Assembly (NCBI GenBank): GCA_964016885.1
Contig: OZ024743.1
Location: 374,976,001 to 375,040,000, forward strand
DNA: 64,000 nt
From: Eledone cirrhosa
Lineage: Eukaryota
Reading direction: 5' to 3'
This document shows, one piece after another, positions 54,128 through 64,000 of this stretch. Every line of letters begins with the position of its first letter. The first letter of the stretch is position 1. A program made the translations under genes and the position numbers. The notes beneath the pieces are model-generated. The model searched no databases, was not told where the DNA came from, and saw only the letters and a list, made by a program, of their open reading frames with translations.

Positions 54128-54198
54128 ATTGACGTACATGGGAGTCGAACCCACATCTTTGGTTATCCAGACCACTGTGCTACCATTTACACCAACAC
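54128..54198 (-). other. tRNA-like sequence (SINE head or tRNA pseudogene)
   Basis: Reverse complement: tggtgtaaatggtagcac...gtgggttcgactcccat. A and B boxes and a T arm are present, but the acceptor stem is poor. Confidence 0.55.
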
Positions 54199-54254
54199 AA
54201 CAACCGTCTTCTAATAATTTCAAACCCACTCGCTGTTTCGAAAATATTCTTACT

Positions 54255-54309
<55 letters not shown>

Positions 54310-54436
54310 TGTGTATATATATGCATGTGTATATATATATATATATGTTTGTATGTATGTATGTATTGCCTTTCATCCTTACGGGGACGATAAAGTAAGT
54401 AAAGAACCAGCGTCGGACCTAAATCAGAAACACGCG

Positions 54437-54506
<70 letters not shown>

Positions 54507-54629
54507 GGAGGTGAGTTTTATTGTAGTACAATAAAGCAATGCAGATATCGGATAAGAAGCACTCTACAGTTTGTAGGACTGGAGTATGCATAATATAAGA
54601 TCAAAAGATGGTTAAAGGAGTTCCATGTA

Positions 54630-54696
54630 TTTTATTATGCGCATTTCAAAAACAAACATCATCATGCAATAATATTTGTGTTTTCATCAGATAAAA
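54630..54696 (-). ncRNA. Minimal type I hammerhead ribozyme (left arm)
   Basis: Mirror copy of 54827-54893. Confidence 0.8.
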
Positions 54697-54826
54697 CAGG
54701 AGAACATGATATGAAGGCTAAAAAACACTTGTGGATAGTGCAGTTTTAAATCAACATATCAAGATATGTTGATTTAAAACTGCACTATCCACAAGTGTTT
54801 TTTAGCCTTCATATCATGTTCTCCTG

Positions 54827-54893
54827 TTTTATCTGATGAAAACACAAATAGTATTGCATGATGATGTTTGTTTTTGAAATGCGCATAATAAAA
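54827..54893 (+). ncRNA. Minimal type I hammerhead ribozyme (right arm)
   Basis: TTTTAT-CTGATGA-[stem II]-GAAA-TGCGCA-TA-ATAAAA. Confidence 0.8.
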
Positions 54894-54925
54894 TACATGG
54901 AACTCCTTTAACCATCTTTTGATCT

Positions 54926-54966
<41 letters not shown>

Positions 54967-54969
54967 CGT

Positions 54970-55190
54970 GTGTTTCTGATTAAAGCCCGACGCTAGCGAT
55001 TTCAAGGGAAGGAAAAAGTCAATTAAATCGACTCCAGTCCGTGACTGGTACTTTATTTTATCTACCCCGTAAGGATGAAAGGCAAAGTTAACCTTGGCGA
55101 GATTTGAACTCAGAACGTAAAGGCTTTAAACTCTATCTATGCCGCAAATCATGGTTTCCGACGCTCTACCGATTACTGCCAATCTACCCA
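54970..55190 (-). mobile_element. S1 SINE
   Basis: Reverse-complement core and head. A shorter + strand partner lies at 54365-54435. Confidence 0.8.
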
Positions 55191-55864
55191 TTCAACTATA
55201 ATAATACTGTTTGATTCACGTCAAGACTGAAATTGTGCTTTCATTGCAGGTATCGGTTTTAGCTAAATAAAAACCCTTCATTTCTAATATTGGTGAAGAA
55301 AGAGTTTGTTGTTATCTAGGCTTCTGTTTAACCAGCTGTATACAGAACAATGGGGCATGACATGTGTGTAAACCACCCCACCTCACCACACCCTCACCAC
55401 CCTATGCTTGCTTTATTTTTATGCGTAATTATAACCAGGTGTTCATATGGTGAACAACATTACGAAATTCCACAGCATAGCATGTACCGATGCATGTAAA
55501 ATATATGCATACAAAAATACAAACTCTCTGAACGAATTAATATTTTCTAGAATCTTCTTTTTGCACTCGTGCTTAATGGCGAGATTCCCAACAATGTTTA
55601 GTGTTGTTTATGTAAAACTGTTTTAAATAATACCTCTGCTTACATCACCTCACTGCTTCTGACAACGAAAACAAATGGGATTTCATATCGTTTTTCTTCT
55701 CTCCCTTTCTCTTAAAAACTTGCCAGCAACAGGAGTAGAACAATATGTTATCTTAGCAGCTTTTTAGATTTCAAGAAAGAAAATTATATCGAATAAATTA
55801 GTGTACGACTAACTCATAGTACAAACTGAAAAAGATATCTACTTGTTCTGTTATTCTATTATCT

Positions 55865-56168
55865 GTTCCAGTCGAGGGACTGTGGCCATGCTGGGGTTGT
55901 TCTAGCCGAAGGACTGAGAACATGCTGGGTTGTTCCAGCCGAGAGACTGTGGCCATGCTGGGGTTGTTCCAGCAGAGGGACTGTGGCCATGCTGGGGTTG
56001 TTGCAGCCGAGGGATTGTGGCCATACTGGGGTTGTTCCAGCCGAGGGACTGTGGCTATGCTGGGGTTCTTCCAGCCGAGAAACTGTGGCCATGCTGGGGT
56101 TGTTCCAGCCGAGTTACTGAGACCATGCTGGCATTGTTCTAGCTGAGGGACTGAGGCCATGCTGGGTG
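55865..56168. repeat. 34-bp minisatellite, about 9 copies
   Basis: GGGACTGTGGCCATGCTGGGGTTGTTCCAGCCGA units starting at about 55876, 55910, 55943 and 55977. Confidence 0.92.
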
Positions 56169-56924
56169 TACCTTTTCACTTAGGTACAAATTTGTTTTGA
56201 TATCTTTTTTTAAATTTAATTTTGTTATCACATTTAACCATTAATGTTGCTAATCAGAAGATTCTTCATAGCCTGGTGCTTAATAGAATATGTTGGAGAC
56301 TGCCGAAATATCTAACCCTTAATAGAATGTATGTATGTATGTATTTTTTTAAACCTGGGAGTGAAAGGCCCCCAGTTATTGTCACAACACCTTTCTAGGA
56401 GAGGGAAATTCTGAAAAACATAAACCTGCTTTTTCGGAAACATCCGATGATGTTGACCAGTTCTCCTTTTCAGGTAGTGTTTTCGATGCTCAGAGAGTGG
56501 GATTAGTCGAGTACAAGGCCTTTCCCTACTTAAAAAACCTTCAAAGTACAGGCATTGCTTGTTCAGGTTCTGTTACAGGTTTGTGTGACTGGCTGTAGCC
56601 TAAAGGTGCACCAAACTCTATAACCTGACAAGCGATTGTACTACTATTAGCAGAGTTTGCAGCCATCATGTATATATGTATGTTTATATGTCAGGTCGCT
56701 CTCGAGTGCTACTGGTAACATGTAACCCAGTACAACCTGTCTCAAGGTCGGTTCGTCAGCGACTAAACCGACAAACCCACCAAGATTGCTTGGTGAGTAG
56801 GGTGATATTTGGATACCCTACGGGATGAAATACAAGACACGGCAAAAAGTCAACGGCCATCCAAATAGTAGGTTTTTTTTGGGGGGGGGGTATACCTGTG
56901 AGTGAAGCCTCAGTGTGAGTTAAG

Positions 56925-57062
56925 ACCCTCAGTGCATTACTGGTACTTTATTTTATCGACCCCGACCTCGGTGGGATTTGAACTCAGACCGTAATGGGAC
57001 GAAACTCTATGTTGCAAATCATGGTATCCGACGGACAACAGATAACTGCCAATGCACCGCTC
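56925..57062 (-). mobile_element. S1 SINE with an internal deletion
   Basis: cagtgcattactggtactttattttatcgaccccgacctcggtgggatttgaactc. Confidence 0.8.
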
Positions 57063-57403
57063 ATAGATAATATAATACTTATATTAATGTAATTACAATT
57101 TGACTGAGCTAATTTCAACTATTCTGCCGACAGATATAACAACGTGTTAAATATTAAATTAAACACTACACCCTGCCAAATACCCCCGTTACGATTGAGA
57201 AGGGTCTAATACATATACACCCCCACCACAGATTATTCATATCATCTGCTTTAGTAGAGCCGTAAAAACTCTCAGAACTCTGTCACCTTTCTTCAGACAA
57301 ACGATTAATAATGCTTCTTACACGACAACAGAGCTATCAAGACGTTTTCTAACAAGAATTTTATTCTACAAATACTCCATATCTTCTTGATGTGAATAAC
57401 AAC

Positions 57404-57892
57404 TCTTCTTCTTCTTCTTCTTCTTCTTCTTCTTCTTCTTCTTCTTCTTCTTCTTCTTCTTCTTCTTCTTCTTCTCCTTCTTCTTCTTCTTCTTCTTCTT
57501 CTTCTTCTTCAGAGGGTCGTGGAGACAGAGTCCTCAAATATTCCTTCCAGCGGGTCCTGTCATCAGAAGCAACCTTCTCCAACTGATCCAGCTGGATCCC
57601 CAAGCGACACCAGCCAAGCTCATGGGTGTCGTTTAACCATCTTGCTCGGGGTCTACCCCTGGGTCTCCTGTCGGTTAGTTTTACCCGTAAAATCTGTCCA
57701 GCGATTCTTTCCTGAGACATTCTAACCACATGACCATTATATCGGAGCTGTGATCTCTCAATTCGGAGAAGTATCAACTCTACCTGGAGTGATTCTCCAA
57801 TCTCCGAGCTACGCACTCTATCAAGTAACGTTACTCCAAAGACCCTTCGGAGGAATCCCATTTCGGCCACTTGTTTCGCGATCCTATTCTTC
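57404..57892 (-). mobile_element. RTE-clade LINE 3' fragment with a (GAA)n tail
   Basis: AEMGFLRRVFGVTLLDRVRSSEI...SQLRYNGHVVRM...RPRGRPRARW. The poly-E in the ORF is the (GAA)n tail at 57404-57510. Confidence 0.9.
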
Positions 57893-58604
57893 TATGTCTA
57901 ATATATATTGAATGAAGCAATGAGTAGTGAAACAGGCAATACTTAAAAGGAAAGCAGTCTGTAGTTCAAGATATATAAGACTGGGTAAACGATGGCAGTA
58001 TTCAAACAAAATAATGATTAAAGCCTGTCATAAACGATAAGAAACGTTCTAGTTGATTGAACCGGACCTGAAAGAGTCGAATACCTTGCTTAAGGACAAC
58101 AAATAGCACCAATTGCTGGCAAGGTTTCAAGATTCTTACAGTGCATTACTTAACTAAACACTCGCAAGATAATGAATCAAATAGATTGTAAGAACAAGAT
58201 AAATAAGGAAGAAGCTACGATCATAAAGGGTAAATTATCATTAACACGGCTCGGCTTGTTTTTAAACTATAAATAAGAGCAATAAAGCATTGATAGTTCG
58301 TTGGTGGAGTTGAGTTGTTATTTTTATTAGATGCCATTCTTTAGACCATAATCTCGCGGGAAATTGTTATGCTCAACACGACAATATTTTGAAGTGAAAC
58401 ATGTGTCAATTGTAAAGTGTTGTCACTGAAACAAGTAGTTAATTATATTACCCTGTGGCAGCTAAGTAGGTGACTGTGTGTTTAATTGTAAATACAACAA
58501 AGTATCAATGTCACCCCGTCTGTTTCGACGATGAGTGTTCCTGTTGTTCGATGAATGAGTTGATTAATAGGATTAATGTTATGATACTTTGGGAGAGGTG
58601 TTGG

Positions 58605-58790
58605 TTGATAGCTGACTCTAGTATCTCTTTCTCTGTCCAGCTTCCCACCCGTATTAAAGCTGCTGCCAAAGTATGTGAACTATGTAGTTTGCCTGAGCGG
58701 CTGTCAGCTGATGATAATATCCAGCTTTTCATGAGTACTGACATGAATTCTGTCTTCTTTGGACTGATCTTTATTCCATATAGTATTTGA
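58605..58790 (-). pseudogene. RTE-like reverse transcriptase C-terminal fragment
   Basis: Hand translation with a frameshift and stops: YGIKISPKKTEFM...LDIIIS*QPLRQTT*FTYFGSSFNTGGKLDRERDTRV. Collinear upstream of 57510-57892. Confidence 0.7.
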
Positions 58791-59037
58791 GAGGAACAGA
58801 AATCATACGGAGGCCGGCCAGCTAGATGTGAATAGGCTCTATGCCGGCCCTCGTATCGATAAACTATAGACGTTGCTTGGCTTTATCTATAAATGCTATC
58901 CTTACCGTCAATATTCGCAAGTTCTTATGTTCAAAATGAATTTTGACTTGATTTTCTCATTTTTTTCTCTCTTTACATTGCCTCACCATTCGTGTTTGTT
59001 TACCTGTCTCTCTTTCCCCGCCTAACTCTTTTTATCC

Positions 59038-59140
59038 CAATAACTTAATTTAGTTATTGTATCGCCCTAGCTTGAGGTATATGGTCTGTATGCGAAGAAA
59101 TACCTATGATGGCTAGTAGACCACTGATGACGGATATTCC
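59038..59140 (+). ncRNA. Permuted, pseudoknotted hammerhead-like motif, copy 4
   Basis: TCGC-C-CTAGCT-TG-AGGTAT-A-TGGTCT-GTAT-GCGAA-GAA-ATACCT-ATGAT-GGCTAG-T-AGACCA-CTGATGA. Confidence 0.6.
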
Positions 59141-59237
59141 TGGCTTCTATTTCTAATTCTTCATTTTTATATATATCCTATTTGTAACAACACAGCTCGC
59201 CATTTTTCATTCATATATTCATTCACATATTTATAGT

Positions 59238-60008
59238 AAGATCTTTAATAAGCATACAATTAAATTCTCTTATTCCACCACTTCTAACATCTCCAACATT
59301 ATCTCTAAACATAATACTAAAATATTAAATAATAAATCATATCCATCCAACCCTGAGCGTCATAGTAATAACAACATTAGGTCCGACGTCAATGTAAACT
59401 CTAGACATGACTCCTTAAATACAAATACGACGTCAAACGTAATTTCGTTGAATGCTCCTAATACTAATCTAAATCAGGAAACATTAGCACCGCTTGTAGG
59501 TAATTTCGCCAATACAATTCCTTCTATAAATAATTCTGGGCCACTTGCAAATAACTCTGTTAATAACATTAATCGTAAATGCAATTGCCTTAATAGAACT
59601 AAATGTCCTCTTAATAATTACTGTCTCGACAAGAATTTAGTATACGAATATAAGGTGATAACTAGCACCAATTCTTACACCTACTTTGGCTCTACTTCTA
59701 CTTCCTATAAGGCGAGATTATATAACATTCTTCATCTTTTAAATACCCACTTAAAAGAACAAACTCTGCTCTCTCAGAACTCATCTGGTCCTTAAAGGAC
59801 AAAAACATTAATTACAAAATTTCTTGGAGAAAAATTTGCAACGCCTCTCCTTATTTCAATGCTTCCCTATCCAGAACTTGTAATTTATGCCTAGCGGAAA
59901 AATTTACCATTATCTCTAATTTTAATTCTATAATAAATAGACGCACAGATTTATTTTCGCTTTGCATCCATAAATCGTTTAGGTCATTTCACAAAGTATA
60001 CAGCTAAT
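59238..60008 (+). pseudogene. Penelope-like ORF remnant (linker plus GIY-YIG endonuclease)
   Basis: KIFNKHTIKFSYSTTSNISNIISKHN...CNCLNRTKCPLNNYCLDKNLVY...TYFGSTSTSYKARLYN, a frameshift, then SALSELIWSLKD...CNLCLAEKFTII. Confidence 0.9.
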
Positions 60009-60721
60009 AACTTACTCCATAATTAAGATTAAAATCTTTTTCTCACACAAATATATTTTTTGACACATATACCCCTTTTTCTACCATATTTCAGGGCATT
60101 CTACAAAAGTTCATTCATACTATAAGATTGTTGGTCCCCTAATTGTTTAATTTTTTAATTTCTTTTAAGAATTTTTTGTAATTTTTTAACCTTTTAATTC
60201 ACTATAGCAAATTCCTTTATCTTCTTTGGCGATACAAAATTTTTCTTTTAAATAGTTCATCTTTATATCATTTTTTCTCAACATTACTTTTTAGTAGCTA
60301 TATTTCCCAATTTTTTACTTCAAATCTATTAATATTAGCATTAGGTGAATTTTGTAAACAAATTTTTGACGTAATGTTTTTTTCTTCCTTGTATTTTTCA
60401 TTTTTCTCTCTTTCCATGCTTGTATTAACTTAAATAATTACTTTTTCTATTAAAATCTATTGAAACAAACTAGGACCCTATATCGTCTGCTAAGCTTATA
60501 AATCATCTAATTTTATTTTCATTCACCTTATCTTATTTCACTTTATTTTATCTTAATAATACTTTTTTAATAGATTTTTGCACCTCTTAATAAATCCTTC
60601 ACTATTTAAACTCTAAATAAATAGTATACTTAATTTCTATATCTGTAATCATAAGCATCATCATCCATAAACCTCATTAACTTTTAAATTTAAAATCTTA
60701 TTAATTTATTTAAATTAGGCT

Positions 60722-61000
60722 GCTCAGCCGTTAATATGCATAAGGAAAGTATATACTTTCAGACGTTCAACCATCTGGCAGGAAGGTATACGATGCTGAC
60801 GATAGCTAATAAGCTTGAAACTAGTACATCGTTCCTGTGTCAGTGTTGAACAAAAAGGTGACGTGGTTGCCTAAACACTGTACGGCGTAATTCGGGCTGT
60901 TTGTTTGTTTACAAACAAACCGAGCATTATAATAAATGTTCGGTAAACCGATACGTGCATATATATGTGTGCATGTATGTATATATATACATACTACATA
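60722..61000 (+). mobile_element. Penelope 3' terminal repeat
   Basis: Follows the AT-rich 3' region of the GIY-YIG remnant and is homologous to 22348-22615. Confidence 0.8.
60790..60832 (+). ncRNA. Minimal type I hammerhead ribozyme
   Basis: ACGATG-CTGACGA-T-AGCT-AATA-AGCT-T-GAAA-CTAG-TA-CATCGT. Stem I covaries with the 22408 copy (ACGTTG/CAGCGT). Confidence 0.88.
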
Positions 61001-61129
61001 TATATATATATCGGAACCTGAAGACTGAGTTCTTGCCGTTTCAACAGCTAATTCCAGATTACTACCCCAAGTATGAAGTACTCTGTTGAGTAATGGTCTA
61101 ACCAGTTTCAAACTGAATCCATGCTGATT

Positions 61130-61176
<47 letters not shown>

Positions 61177-62549
61177 CTTTGCTTCTCCGTGAGCATTTAC
61201 AGTCTTAATTGCTTTAAACTGCTTTACTTGTGAATTGAAACCTGTTCAACAATTCAGGTCACTAGTTGCGCCCCCCCCCCCCCCCCCAAAAAAAAAACAC
61301 CAAACAGATCGCATGTCAAAAATAGATTAATGATATATAATTACGTACATAGAAGCATTCGAGAATCATCTTATAATGGAAGATATTTCGTACCTGTATG
61401 AAGAACTAATTTGTAAAATATGTTTTGTGGCTTCAATAAACTAGCAGTAATTTCAGTGCGACCTTTTGCCTTCAAGGTATCTATTTTTTTCTTCGTTCTA
61501 CAACAAATTGATAGCAACATTTTGCCAATAGGGAAACATAGCAGTGCATCAATACTACTAAAATATATCAAACAAGAAACATATAACACAAATAAGAAGC
61601 TTTCTTATCAACATACGACAATCTATCATTTATCTCACTATACTGTTAAATTCTCATTAACAAATATGGCGTCTGTTGTTTTCGGTTTTTTATTTTCTTT
61701 GTTTTATTTTATTGGGGGGGGGGGTTCCTTTTATTATTTTTATATATTTTCTGTCGCTCATTTTCTTTTAGTGAGCTGTGAAATACATTTTCGAAAATGT
61801 AGCAAGTTGTTGAGAGTTTTGCTTCCGTTATTTATTTATTTATTGTAATTTATGGAACAACTAGTTTCAAAAGCAGACGACATGTTGCTTGCAGAAATTC
61901 AATCTATTATCGTATCATGATTTGTAAAAAGATAATAATGAAAATAAATAAATAAATAAATAATGTACGAAACATTGCTAAAGAAAACTATAACGAACGA
62001 AAGAATAGCATAGATAATGGAAAAAATATTCCTGACATTAAAATGATTTATAATATTACATTTGAATATTTCTGAATTTATGCAACATAATTTAGAAGCA
62101 GCCATTACTTTTGTATACGTGTCAGAGGGGACGTTTATAAAGAAGGGAAATATTATTTTCGTTATATATCACGTTCAGTTAACATTAATAAACAAATGAT
62201 AACGCTAAGTCGAAGTGTGTTGTCGATCGTAGTAGATAATTGGCAAATATTTCATTAGATTGTAGAATTATATTTAAACATTCTATGAATAACAGTGAAG
62301 TAGAATCACATTTATATCGAAGTAGGGGGGTTGGTAATAGTTCTCAACTGCACAATGTGTAGCGTTTCTGTAGCAAAACACCAACAATATCATCTTCATT
62401 ATTCTCCAGTGATGAATACATAAGAACAGCAACTGTTGTGTGCTGGTCATGCCCGAGTTGCTTGTTTCTACATTGATCGCCTCAAGCATCTACATGCGCC
62501 TGTGAACAGCATGGTCCTCAGCAACACAAATACATAGTATATTTCGAAT

Positions 62550-62750
62550 AAGAGATATGTAGGTCACAACTGCGTGGTACAAAATATATGTAGGTCACAT
62601 ATACATGGTAAAAGAGATATCTAGATCACATGTACATGATACGAGATATATGTAGGTCATTGTTACAGGCGACCAGAGATATCAAGGTCATGATTACATG
62701 ATGTGTAGGTCATGACTTCATGGCATAAGAGATTTAGGTCATGACTATTT
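62550..62750. repeat. Degenerate about 30-bp tandem repeat
   Basis: Recurring gagatat(at)gtaggtca...acatg units. Confidence 0.7.
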
Positions 62751-63290
62751 GTGCCGCCTAGTAGTTAGAATGTTCGTTTCACAGTCGTAAGGTAGGGGTT
62801 AGATCCCCATCGCTCCAGTCCACTCAACTTTAAGTCAGTGCCAGCAACAGTAGCTGGGGTTAATCTTGCAACACATAGATATCTCATCCAAGAGACATTA
62901 TTGTGCTCACGGTCGCTTAACGTCTCATGAAATTGAGATAAGCTCCGAACTTCAACCAAATCATGGGAGCATAGAAAAGCAGGCATAAATGTGATGATGA
63001 TGACTACAGGAGAAAGATATCTGCTCAATCAGAATTAATCTGTGAATACATAACAACACAACAACAGCAACATTTTATTTTGTTATCTATTATACATAAA
63101 CATATTAGGTTAACTATATTTTATTTTACCAGTTCTATATAAACATATGCCACCAAAAAAAAAAGAAACAACAGCTTCACTCCTCGAAGAGCTAAAAATG
63201 TTATGAGGCCTAACCCTGTTACACTACTTGTATCGGAATGTCGTGAACAGAAACGTCTGCGTTAGAAAATAATATGTTTACTGGTTTCAC

Positions 63291-63326
<36 letters not shown>

Positions 63327-63327
<1 letters not shown>

Positions 63328-64000
63328 TATTTCTTTTATTTGCCACTAGGGCATCAAAAGTGGGACAAGTACAAAGGGGGGAGTTTACACAAAAAGGCGT
63401 CCTCAATAAGGAGGAGGCAATAACAAAATATAAAAATAAAATAAGATATAACAAAAAATAAAATTTTTAACAAAATCCTCAATAGAGAGGAGGCGCCTTG
63501 GGGGGTCGCACACACCCCCGAAAAAAGTGTGCAACCCTTCTCCTCAGGAGCACAGAGAAGGGGTGCTCCCTTGGTCTTTCATCTTCCTCACCTATAGTCT
63601 GATGTAGAGTGAAGGCCCATTCACACGGGCCATTCTCGCCACTTTCACCCATCTTTCATAGAAACGGCTGGGGTGCAGCACCTCTCTCTCCATCCTGATC
63701 CTTCTTCCGAAATGATATCGGAAGAAACGGACCAGTTGTTGGCCAGAGAGAAAGGTGCCCGACCTCAGTCCTTTCAGACGCGTCCACCATACAACCTCTT
63801 TCGCCATGGCTATTACGCACAGAAACACCGCCTCTGCTTCATCTTTGAAGGGGGGAGGCGGCTTGATCATTACAATAGACTCGGTGGTCAACCGGATCGG
63901 TCCCACCCTTGACAGCAGTTGTTCGACATAGCCCCACAGATCGGCTACGCCCGAGCAGTGTACTAATGCGTGTGCAACGGTTTCCTCGTCGCACACGCAT
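63327..64000 (-). mobile_element. 3' end of a third Tx1/L1-clade LINE copy (continues beyond the window)
   Basis: DEETVAHALVHCSGVADLW... plus the 3' UTR. The 3' end abuts (GATA)n at 63291-63326. Confidence 0.93.

Larger units (their letters stand above)
54591..54932. repeat. 342-bp near-perfect palindrome of a Penelope terminal repeat
   Basis: 170-bp arms around an AA loop at 54761-54762. The sequence is the same as 39245-39412. Confidence 0.93.

Noticed and set aside
54128-54198. Functional tRNA gene
   Set aside because: The acceptor and anticodon stems do not pair well, which fits a SINE head or pseudogene better.

Overview
AT-rich, repeat-saturated animal genomic DNA. It is most likely a cephalopod such as Octopus, inferred from the SINE families and the microsatellite load. 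No host protein-coding gene can be supported, and most long ORFs in the track are microsatellite or satellite read-through. The window holds three copies of a Tx1/L1-clade LINE (one near full length, 27738-33266), RTE fragments, three Penelope-like (GIY-YIG) fragments, many tRNA-derived SINEs, mariner and pogo-like MITEs, a non-autonomous Helitron and several minisatellites. The main signal is RNA structure. About a dozen minimal hammerhead ribozyme motifs from several families lie in Penelope-type terminal repeats, some inside long palindromes. A separate four-copy repeat family (850-950, 47460-47571, 48041-48153, 59038-59140) carries all hammerhead core segments in a non-canonical order, within a double-pseudoknot fold that shows base-pair covariation. 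All structures were read by eye and none has been tested for activity. SINE and element boundaries are approximate.
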